Part shown: piece by piece, positions 23,965 to 49,226 of the stretch | Position numbering within the stretch: position 1 is the stretch's first letter | Layout of the letters: each line of letters begins with the position of its first letter | Assembly (NCBI RefSeq): GCF_964355755.1 | Contig: NC_092680.1 | Coordinates: 9,920,001-9,984,000, forward strand | Origin: Antedon mediterranea | Taxonomy: Eukaryota > Animalia > Echinodermata | Reading direction: 5' to 3' | DNA length: 64,000 bases | Made by a program: the position numbers and the translations under genes | The notes under the pieces: model-generated | Told to the model about the DNA's origin: nothing | What the model saw: only the letters and a program-made list of their open reading frames with translations | The model's database searches: none

Positions 23965-24242
23965 ATTGATGCAAGATAATGAGATTTACAATACGCGAGT
24001 TGCCAGCAGTACTTTCGAAATTACAACAAGCAATGAGACTGCAAAAACCCAGTCAGTGGTGGTTCCGGTTTGTAGATCTTTTTGTTGTTATTGTTTTGTA
24101 CACACACGTACGACGTGCAGCACCACCAAGAATGGACTAAATTTTTGTATTATTTAATAATACCGCCTGGTTTAAAAGTCTATCGAAAGTAAGCTTCTCA
24201 TGGTGGCGTACTCTATCGCTCTTTTTCTCTTGATAATCCAAG
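23965..24242. promoter_or_regulatory. Bidirectional promoter/5' UTRs of FBP (-) and RPS15 (+), with 5'TOP tract
   Basis: Start codons diverge at 23964 and 24243. CTCTTTTTCTCTT at ~24219 precedes CCAAGATG|GTAATT. Confidence 0.65.
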
Positions 24243-29495
<5,253 letters not shown>

Positions 29496-30809
29496 ACATA
29501 CGAAAATGTTATGTATTATACAAATTGTTGTAGAACAATAAAAACAAATTAGTAAATTGACATTTGTCTCTGTTCTGTTGAAGTCTTGTAATCCATGCAA
29601 TGCAGAATGTTGTGTTTTGATTATGGGTGAGATACTTGATGATGAGCCCATGAAAGGCTGCATCCACGTCTAGGTGTAACTCAAATCTATACACATCTAG
29701 AAAACATGCTTTCATGTACAGTCAGGGGGGGAAATGGCAAATCCGCACTGTGGTCATGGTACAGAGTTGTCAAAACACATACGGGCAACTACAATCCGGA
29801 CAATTACCCCTAGTGCAACTGATATTCCCCTAGGACAACTACCCCACTAGAACAACAACACCCTCTGAACAACCAAACCTCTAGAATAGTTAATATCATG
29901 ACACCTTAGGCTTTTCATTAAAGACCCATTCCCTAGAATTTGTGACGTTTTGTAAAAATAATGTATATATTACTTTAAAAACATTAAACCAGGTCATTCC
30001 TTGTCTTAAATTATGATAAAAAGAGAGAAACCATGCACTACCAAAGTAGCTCGCGGTAAATGTCCTCCCAGTGACGGTCTTTAGGCCCTACCCAGCTACG
30101 CTTAGTTTTGTAGGCCTAGCTGGTAAACGTCTGTAACATACGAACATCATACGTTAGATAGTCCTAGTCTAACATTGTATAGTTGCAGTATTAATTGTCT
30201 TTCTGTTTTTGCCAGACTCCGTTGATACAAATTGGGGTCTGTCTTTCAATCAATCTTTCAGCCCCTTAATATCGATAAAATTTGCCTGATTTTGTTCTCT
30301 CTTTTCTTTTCTAAAAAAAATGTTTTACCGTAAAAGCTATGTTATGCAGTTTACATTTTATACGTTTACTGCAAGTCCAGTAATATGGAATATTGGTTTG
30401 GCTGTTACTACTTCATAGGAGAACTTGAATTGATTTTTACTCGGGGTACCAGAGTCTAGGACTTGACTTAGTCATTTTCTCCTCCTCTTCCTCCTCCATC
30501 TGGACACTATTGAGTAAAAAGTGCTATTTTTAAAGTACTACTCCCTTATTCGTTGTAGTATTGAGCTGGGATTTGGCATGAATATACTACAGGCACATGT
30601 CCTCAAAGCTATAGAGCCGGATTTTTTATTTTCAAAACGGATGCAGCCATATGACGTCTCGAAGATGGTACCATATAGCCGTATTTGGTAGGTTATTGAT
30701 GCTTCATTTGCTGTACCCCGAGTAACGCACATTTGTACTTTTTTGTTAATTTGTTTAATTAATAAGCCACAATGTGTGACACACACCACGGCGTTATGTT
30801 GTTATATGC

Positions 30810-30881
30810 GGCTTCTTGGCGTAGTGGTTCTCACGTCTGTTTAACACGCAGAAGGTCCCCGGTTCGAGACCGGGCGAAACC
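30810..30881 (+). pseudogene. tRNA-Val(AAC) pseudogene, copy 1
   Basis: TCTGT tt AAC ac GCAGA anticodon arm and intact T arm CCCGG TTCGAGA CCGGG, then a T-run. Two acceptor-stem mismatches and a D-stem mismatch. Confidence 0.75.
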
Positions 30882-31083
30882 TTTTTTTTTAAACTTTATG
30901 GTGAAAAGTACTGTATACGCAATATGATATACAGTATATCTTTTTTAAATACTTATTTTGTGTAATCGGTAATTATCACTTTTACACATGTATATTTTAC
31001 TTTGTGCTTATTACCATAGGCCTATTTATTTGTAATTTAAATGTATTAAAAAACTTTGTGTAACCCACATTTTTGGTGTAAGA

Positions 31084-31155
31084 GGTTTCGTAGTGTAGTG
31101 GTTATCAAGTCTGCGTAACATGAAGAAGGTCCCCGGTTCGAGCCCTGGCGAAACC
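31084..31155 (+). pseudogene. tRNA-Val(AAC) pseudogene, copy 2
   Basis: Acceptor GGTTTCG/CGAAACC intact; single mismatches in the D, anticodon and T stems. Confidence 0.75.
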
Positions 31156-32570
31156 TATTTTTCTTAAACTTATGGTGAAATATACTGTATACGTAATATG
31201 ATATACCGGTAGAGTATATCTCGTTTTATTACTTGGGGTACCTGAGTCTAGGACTCTCTCATCTTTTCCTCTTCTTCTTCCATCCGGACACTATTGAGTA
31301 AAAAGGGCGACTTATAAAGTACTACTCTTTCCTTATTCGTTGTTGTATTGAGCTGGGATTTGGCATGAATATACTACAGGGGCATGTCCTCAAATCTATA
31401 GATTTTTTAATTTCAAACCGGATGCAGTCATATCACGTCTCGAAGATGGTATTTGGTAGTGAGGTTATTGATGTGTATGTGCGACGTTACATCCGGTCTT
31501 ATGACGTCATTACAGCTTGTTTTTTTTACATTTCTCCCCACTCTCAATTATAATACCCATGATGTGTTTATGTCTAACTTAAACATTTATACTCATTTTA
31601 TTTTATTCCAATTCATATTCTACGGCAAAGAACCTCCTCATTTTACTTTAGATTTTAAAAAGCCTACACTATTAATTGATTACATTATACTATTTGAAAA
31701 TAAATCTCTCTCATTTGACATAAATTGCTTAGTCTTCCTATTATGAAAACATAGCTAACTGTGCTAATTGAGGAAATCATTTTTATTGTTTAACCTAGAT
31801 ATTTTTAAAAATAAATATCGCTAGAGTTATTACAAAATAACTACAAATCTTAGATACATACGTCGATATAAGACCAGGAGAATATTTTAATAATTTTTTA
31901 AAGAATATAAATATTGTAAAATGTATAGTGTGGTACACCGCACATGTAGTCCAACCTCACATAATTTGATTTACAATACAATTGGCACCAAAAGAAGAAG
32001 CCTATTAATTTGGTTACCAATCGTAGTTGTCCTAAGGGGTAGTTGTCCTAGTGGGTAGCTGTCCTAGTGGGTAGCTAGAGGGTATTTGTCCTAGGGGAAT
32101 GAATACATAAATGAACAAAAACAGTAAAAGCCATTTTACACATACAGCATTATTTTATTTTCTATGTTGACATGAATATTCAACACAAAATATGTTTTGA
32201 TTTATTTAAAATCAATTTTATTATATACAATAGGCTGCTGGATGATGACAATTTTTAGTTTTTCTGAGATACAATAAATTGTTATTCTTTTTAAAACAAA
32301 ACAACACTCGATTCACAGCGGAAATACTTTATTTTATAGCGAACACCTTACCATCACATTAGTAGATTAATTAAACTGCAATTATAAGACCACTAAGAAA
32401 TGTTGCCATGTACCTGTAGAGACCGCATCTTTAATAATATCTCATGTATTGTTCATACTAAAAAGTTATTCATAATACTACATAGAAGTATGCATGATAC
32501 AAAATATTCCTTAATTAATAACTGCAAATTGATATTGTTTTTTTTTTGTGCGCGTTTGTCTCTAAAATTT

Positions 32571-41835
<9,265 letters not shown>

Positions 41836-42135
41836 TATAAATAATATGATGCCCTCTAGAGTTAACTTGTTTTGTTGGTTTGTTTGTTGTGCGATTACAT
41901 AATAATCGCTCTCCTCTCTCTCCTCTCTAGCTAGCTCTAGCTCTCTCTCTCTTCAGCAATCCTCGACGATCAGCTCGTGGTGGTTACAGCAAAGAACTTA
42001 AAAGTTCTTTGGTTACAGTAAGTTGGCGGCCGCTTTGACCATATTCGGTTTGTAGCTAGTTTAGTAGGGACTGGATCGATCCGACTGACTTGTTTTCTTA
42101 TTACAGCTCCAAATCAAACATTTTACATTTTGCCA
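41836..42135. promoter_or_regulatory. Bidirectional promoter of NDUFS7 (-) and arginase (+); putative 89-nt 5' UTR intron 42018-42106
   Basis: Divergent ATGs ~300 bp apart; CT-rich tract; CA|GTAAGT donor and TTTTCTTATTACAG acceptor. Confidence 0.55.
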
Positions 42136-43275
42136 ATGAATTTATTAGTTAACAGCATTCGGCCTAGGCCTAGCAGGATGTTGCTAGGTCAGATGTCATC
42201 AGTTCTTCGATTATCAGTTCTTCGATTATCAGTTCTTCGATCGTCAGTAGGCCTACTAGGCCTAGGCGGTTTGGTCTTTGATGTCAGAGCCCTAAGCAGT
42301 AAAGAACAGGCACCCCAAGACATAGGGATTATTGGAGTTCCGCTAAATAAAGGACAGAGTAAATCTGGAACTAGATTAGGTCCACAAACAATTCGAGATG
42401 CTGGACTTATTGAACAATTGAAAAATATTGAAAGAGACGTTAAAGATTATGGCGATATTAAATTTCCTGAAATTGAAGAAGATGTTTCCTCTATGAAGCC
42501 ATTAAAAAACTCGCGTTCATTAGGAAAAGCAACTCAGATGATATCAGATACCGTTTACAAAATTATGAAAGAAGATAAACGTCTTTGTATGACTTTAGGT
42601 GGTGATCATGCATTGTCAGTCGGTAGTGTTAACGGTCATGCACGAGTAAACCCAAATATGTGCTTGTTATGGATTGATGCACATGCTGATTTAAACACAC
42701 CGTTGAGTTCTCCTTCTGGAAACCTTCATGGCATGGTGCAATCATTCTTAGTTCATGAACTGGAAGAGTACATGCCAAAGATTCCTGGCTTTGAATGGAT
42801 TAAGCCATGTATATCATTAAAAGATATTGTTTATATTGGACTCAGGGATATTGATCCAGGAGAAAAGTACATTATGGAAAGGTTTGGTATGACCGGGTAT
42901 TCTATCCACGACGTGGATAAACTTGGTGTCAAAGAAGTACTAAGTCGAGCCCTTGATACTGTAAACCCAAAAGCAAATCGACCTATTCATTTGAGTTATG
43001 ACATTGATTCACTAGACCCTGTTGTATCGCCTAGTACTGGCACCCCTGTGATGGGTGGCTTGACATATCGAGAGGGAATGTATATTGCCGAGGTTGTATC
43101 TGATACAGGTTTACTCCATGCCGTGGATATTGTAGAGCTTAATCCTGAGCTTGGAGCACCCAGAGAGCAAGACACTACCATCATGGCTGCAATGAATATC
43201 GTCACAGCAAGTGTCGGAAAATTGAGGGAAGGACATAGACCTAGCAATTATGAAATTCCAAAGCCATTATATTAA
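42136..43275 (+). CDS. Arginase (Mn-dependent ureohydrolase), intronless CDS, probable mitochondrial presequence
   Basis: GGDHALSVGS, WIDAHADLNTP, SGNLHGM, SYDIDSLDP, PSTGTPV, VELNP; all binuclear Mn ligands present. First ATG at 42136, alternative at 42178. Confidence 0.93.
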   Translation: MNLLVNSIRPRPSRMLLGQMSSVLRLSVLRLSVLRSSVGLLGLGGLVFDVRALSSKEQAPQDIGIIGVPLNKGQSKSGTRLGPQTIRDAGLIEQLKNIERDVKDYGDIKFPEIEEDVSSMKPLKNSRSLGKATQMISDTVYKIMKEDKRLCMTLGGDHALSVGSVNGHARVNPNMCLLWIDAHADLNTPLSSPSGNLHGMVQSFLVHELEEYMPKIPGFEWIKPCISLKDIVYIGLRDIDPGEKYIMERFGMTGYSIHDVDKLGVKEVLSRALDTVNPKANRPIHLSYDIDSLDPVVSPSTGTPVMGGLTYREGMYIAEVVSDTGLLHAVDIVELNPELGAPREQDTTIMAAMNIVTASVGKLREGHRPSNYEIPKPLY

Positions 43276-44417
43276 TAGCTGTTCTCATTGTTCAGCAACA
43301 GAACAGCCAATTCAATGTACATTAGTAGTGTAATAAATCCATGACAATGTAGAGTTACAAAGAAAACTATGGCATGACTGTTATCCTTAGTGTTGCAATA
43401 ACAACCCGATTGAAACCTAGGTAAAAAGGTAAAAAATCCACTTTAAAAATTCGCATTATGAAAATCGATCAAAAGTGATGATGATTTTAATTGATATTGT
43501 ATTTGGTAATTTTATATGATAATTTTAACAATTTGGTGTACCGTTTTTTAATGATTTTAAATGCCATTGTATTATTGGGTTCATTAACAAGATTAGTCTT
43601 AAGATAAAGTTTGGCAATACAAAATTCGGTGCATAGTAGGAATTTCGTTAACCATGCTCCAGTATCAAAATTGGTCAAATTTTGAATGATTATAATAAAT
43701 TGTATTGTACACGAGTTATTATTGCATGTGCATGACTTATCTTCATCATATCCACAATGTCAAAGTATTGAAATACAGTATTATAGACACCAAAAATGTA
43801 GATAATAATTTTAGATACCATCAAATGATTTTCATAATCATCTTGATAGTGAGAGTATTTTTTATTGCAAACGTTATTAAGTAACAGCAAAAAAATCATA
43901 ATTATAATTTATCTATTTATAGCACAATTTTCATTCTTGCCCCTGTAATTATATTCTTTTTAAGTTATTATCTCATTACGAGCACCAGTGGGCATTTTGA
44001 ACAAATTCCAAATATTTATCTTTTTACGATATGTTACTCTAAGCTGAATCACTGTCTTGAACCTAGACTAGGCATATTATACAAATTGTGCATTACGGTA
44101 TTATGTCCCACCAACAATTGTTTCATGATAATATGTCTGATTCAGTTGTAATCATGTTTGCATACAAATATTACATTTATACAGATAGTCTAAAAGATTA
44201 CTGGATTTATTTTTAATATCTAATTTTTTTCACTTTTAAACTATTTTAAATAGATTGTTATTTTAATTGATTGAAGTGGGAGATGAATAAATAAAGTACG
44301 GTATTGTATTTACTTATTGTTATAATAGTCTTTTTTAATTTACGAACATTTCACAGCTACTTAAAGCTTGGTTCCCACCTGGATGCTCTAATTCCACGGC
44401 CAACAAGATTAATAAGT

Positions 44418-46043
44418 AACTAGAACTTAAACTCGTCACTTGAGGACGAGTTTGGTTATCCGCCCGCAACAAAACGTATCTTGCGTATTAAAGTACTTCT
44501 CAGTTATGACTTTTCCAAAAAAAGTAGCCTATTCAAAATTAAAACTGCCCTTTCAGTGTAATAACCAAATAAATCCTTTTAATTAATTGTTTTCCCATTA
44601 TGGGATTCGAACCCGGTACCTCTGGTACCAAAGTCGGTTGCACTACACATCCAGCCATATGAGCACCTGCTGAAGAAAATCCGAAGAAAGAGTCCTCGTT
44701 CATTCGGTATGTCGTGAACCCCCTCGATGCAAGTTGATTATTACATAATCAACTTAAATCATAATTTTTACTATGATGAAATCTTCACAAATTTTAAACA
44801 GTGACATATTATGAAAGTGCATACTTTCAAGTTTTATATATTAACATGTAAAGAAAAAAGATAAACGTTATGTTTATTGTTTTACTCTTTGAATATGTTT
44901 ATGTTTGTTTGATGATAATTATTTCAAAAATTACATTTAATATGCAAATAATGTAGCCATCAAACACTTTTTAACATTCAAGACTATAATAAATCAGAGC
45001 TATGATTCATACACTGCAAGAAATTAAAATAAAAAATGGGGGTAACCTTGCATTCTGATGAACTGTTTCATTTTTAAAAGTAGACATATTTTGCAACATT
45101 TTCACAATTTTTTGACGTTTTTGTGCGCAACCTGTCATGTTTAACGTGCTCGTAGAACGCCATTTCAAGTTGAAAAGTGAATAAAATAACGTAAAATTGT
45201 TAACCAAAGATTTAAAAACACAAATCGTGTAAAAGAAATGCTCATACGTGTTCCCTGCGCCGTGCGCGCGTAAAAATGTGCGCACCAGTGGCAATTTTTT
45301 AAACGCTTAAAATGACCTGAATCGTGCTCTAATTTAATCAGAAATTGATTTGAAGCATTTTAAAATTTCAAACGCCGTTTACGCGCGCACTTTCTAATGT
45401 TACAAATTGCGGTAGCGTTAAAAAAGTTAACTATTGATGTGAAGCAAACGTGGCTGAAAATGACGTTAAAAAATATTCATTTGTTTCGAAGTTATAACCA
45501 ATTTAAGATTTTCAGAAAATCACGCGTAACTTACGCTACGCGGCTCTGACATCGTCAAAAAGCTTGGCTGGACAACTTCAGTAAAATGTCTAAATGCTGA
45601 ACAAGTTACAACATATTATGTTTACACGTTGAAGAGAAACAGCGTGCACAAAATAAGAAGAGTAAAATATTTCAAACGCAATTTACGCGAAAACTTTCTA
45701 ATCTCCAAAAATTTGTTAAACATTCCAAAAGTTAGCCATTGATGTGAAGAAAATGTGGCTGAAAATTTCGTTAAAAAATATTTATCGGTTTCGAAGTTAT
45801 GACCGATTTAAGATTTTCAGAAAATCGCGCGTGACTTACGCTACGCGGATCTGACAGCGTCCAAAAGCTTGGCTGAACATCTTCAGTTAAATGTCTAAAT
45901 GTTGACCAAGTTACAACATGTTATGTTAACACGTTGAAGAGAAAACGCGTGCACAAAATCTGAGAAAGAAAGAAGAATAATAAAAAAAAAAAAAATTAAC
46001 ACTACAATAACAAATGCTTATCCGCTTGAGGCGGATAACCAAC
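44418..46043. mobile_element. Helentron-like element with an internal tRNA-like segment and ~300-bp tandem duplication
   Basis: Starts AACTAG; subterminal TGGTTATCCGCC is inverted in the 3' hairpin TTATCCGCTTGAGGCGGATAACCA; 45365-45660 repeats at 45670-45960. Relative at ~60392-61260. Confidence 0.55.
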
Positions 46044-47019
46044 AAGAAAAACCATAGTTAAAGAGTATAATAATAACGTTTATTGAGATCAATTAAACAT
46101 TAAATTACATTTAAAAAAAGCATCTAAAAAGTGCAAAATACATTTTTTTTACACCTGGTAATGGCATATAAGAAATTATTTTAAAAACCTAACCTACTGT
46201 ATTTCTCGAGATGTATTATCCCACTAGTCTCGCACAGTTCCTGTTGCAGATAGAAAAATTATACATGTAGCTTCCTATATGGTATACACATACTGTACAT
46301 ACTGTGACCCTAAAGGCCAATTTACACAGACGAGCGTCTTGTTAATGGTTTTCCGCTTACTGCTCCCTTGGATATTATTGGCTGTCAGTAGGCCTAGCAC
46401 ACACAGGCCTAGGTTTTAGATGGACTTGTTGCTTAATAACGTCCTAAATTTATCTTCTTTAAAAATCCTTATACAAACACTACTAGCGCACTCGTATTTA
46501 TTGTTATTGTACTCGCATATTGATCAAAACGTCGAGAAACAGTTTTCAGAACAGCAAACTTTATATCAACGACGTCATATCAATCATGTCATTGATTAGC
46601 CAGAATCCATAATTACCGCGCAGTATTTTCACAAAATCAAATCTGTTTCTATCCTGATCGGATTTACGCTCACTCCACGTTCTGTGTAAATGGTCATAAG
46701 AAATAACATATATTCCATTTTTGCGTTTTCCGCTCAACTTTACCACTTAAACAATAGGCAACGATACAAATAAATAATTTATATTAATAATTAAATCTTT
46801 TACACAATATTTAGTTCAGCATTATCACAATTTACAGTTTATACCTTTCTGATGCTCAACATATCAACCATCTACAAAATTCAACAGTTCACATATTTTT
46901 CACATGCATTACAATAAGGGAAAACTTTTACTATTAATTAAAAAACAAATTATAAACACTTTTGTACAACAATTATAATTATTTGTATTCAGGAATATGT
47001 ACAGCAGTATAAGACATAT

Positions 47020-48331
47020 TCTATAGGTGGCAGGAGAGGAAAGGGTATCACCACTAGATTACGAATCTGGAAAGGTAATCGATCAGATAAGGGGTCAAAG
47101 TTCAAAATTTACCAATTACAACAATGTACAGTATTATAATATAATTATGTATTACTGTATAACATCAAATCTTTCTTTCTGTTAATCATACGCAATGTAA
47201 AAGAGCACATACATCATTTCATCAGTTGACATAATGCCAAATGTCAACATTTTAATATGCGTATTAGGTACTGTAGTTCCCAAATAAATGTAAAGTAACC
47301 AACCCCTAGCCTGGCGTTCATACCTCTAGGTATGGAAGTCGTGGGTTTGAGCCTCACCCGAGAAGTAGAAATTACGTCACAGTAGGGCAAAACATTTGGT
47401 TTAATGATGAATGCGCTCTTTTGATTGTCTATGATTGATTGATGTCTTTAATGATAAAACATCACTTTTGTGTGAAATGTTATTTTTTTACAGGAAAATG
47501 TTGTAATTGGTCAATATTGACCATTTGACCTTTAATTGCAAGGGATTTTTATAAGGTGACCTTTATAACCATACAAATGTAATAAAAGACTCGATTTTGG
47601 TGGTCCTTTATGATTGCAAATTTCAGAGTTATTGCAATAGACCACGATGTCAAATCGAGTGACAAAACTCACAAAGACAAAGAAAACCACTGGGAATTAC
47701 TACTTAAAACCACAAACCTTTTGGACATTATAGGAACATACTCCCAGATCGTTTAAATAATTTCATTGACTACCTAAATTTAAGTTTCAATATTAACCAC
47801 CATAAAGCTGTCTTTTTAGTTCCATTCCAAAATTCGTTATATCCGCTATCTTCTTTTCTAATTTCTAATCTTACTCTCTCCACCCTCTATTCACCAGCCT
47901 GTGCCTCCTTTGTTTTTATTTCTTTTAATCCAGTCCACTTAAGCAGTGCTTGTGTGCTTAATAAATACTATATACTTTGTCTAAGTACTCTTACTTGCAC
48001 TGATGAAGGGCTAGTGTTGCCTGAAAGCTCTGCTACTTTTTCTGGCTGTTTTATTTTATCGGTTTGATTTTATCTGTTTTCTTATATTGTATCTCCGTTG
48101 AGATCCAGCCATGGATACCCACAGCATTGTCATTATTTTCAGTAATTTGCCTTTGGATTTATAATACATTGTTATAATTGGTCAATTTTGAACTTTGACC
48201 CCCTTATATCTCGAAAACGCTTCCAATCCTGATCGATTACCTTCCATATTCATAATCTACCGAAAATTATGTTGGATGGCAATTTGTTCCTTTCGGGTGG
48301 TGATTCCGCTCTCTCTGGCACCGGACTACTA
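47020..48331. mobile_element. Long-TIR element (same family as 1612-6331) containing a Penelope 3' fragment (47620-48160, +)
   Basis: Arms GATTACGAAT..GGTAATCGATCAG..GGGGTCAAAGTTCAAAAT and their inverse at 48165-48331. The interior matches the reverse complement of 535-1225. Confidence 0.65.
47997..48033 (+). ncRNA. Minimal hammerhead ribozyme motif, second copy
   Basis: GCA-CTGATGA-A-GGGC tagtgtt GCCT-GAAA-GCTC-TGC. Confidence 0.65.
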
Positions 48332-49226
48332 CAGTTGCTAGGCAACATTGTACAGTTAAACAAGTAAATCAATCATTTTTTGAATATATTGAAAGACTGT
48401 TTTAGTTGGATATGAATTAAAGGAGTCGCACAATTCAAAATGACCTGCTATATAAATTTTCTCTTTCAATGATAGAATTCTCACATTTAAAAATCCATGT
48501 GCCCTCATTCATGGGATATATGTTAAAAGGGACACATTTTCAAAGTCTCTGCTCATACAGCATATCATATCAGTTAAACAGCTATTTAAAAATCTTGTTC
48601 AAAAACAATTTGCTAATTTTACTAAACATAATGCATTTATCAAGTGAAAATTATCATTACTGTACTATTTTTTAAAATTGAAAAACAGCATCTTCCATAT
48701 ATTTACTAATTATTTCATATTCTAAATTTGAGACATTTCTAAATCAGAAAACTGATATTTTGTGCTAGGAAAACATCATGTCACATAACCTACTTCTGAT
48801 GTGATTATAACATTATGGTAATAGGGCATTTTGTATTGAAAAACAACGTAGAGGCAAAATAGAAAACTTGACATTTTTTGTACCATAAAAAAATATACTG
48901 TAGGTAAAGAGAAAAATCTCATTCAAATTGTTAAATATCATCAGTGGCGTCATAAACAGACACTAACGTGACTAGACGCTACTCACATAAAATTGATTTT
49001 GTGTTTTTACTATAAGAGACACTATAAATGTTTTAACAAGATATACAATTAAACTATACCTTTGCGAAAATAAAAAATATGTGAAGCGCTTTCGTGAAAC
49101 ACATGTTATTATCAAACCACTGCACGGCTGGTGTCACTTTGTGGCATAACCACACTCACTATCTCATTAAAAAGCAAATTAATAGTTGAATCAATTGAAG
49201 AGTACGGTACTAAGAAACATTTTAAT

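Larger units (their letters stand above)
29785..32107. mobile_element. Possible composite element bounded by inverted subterminal repeats
   Basis: Left (CTAGGACAACTACCCC)n-like repeats at 29800-29885 are inverted at 32020-32107 (GGGGTAGTTGTCCTAG)n. Encloses a Kolobok-like fragment and the tRNA-Val relics. Confidence 0.45.

Noticed and set aside
29636-29705. ATGATGA plus two hairpins downstream of RPS15, as a C/D snoRNA, SECIS or hammerhead
   Set aside because: No D box (CTGA) with terminal stem, no SECIS geometry, and no CTGANGA/GAAA arrangement.
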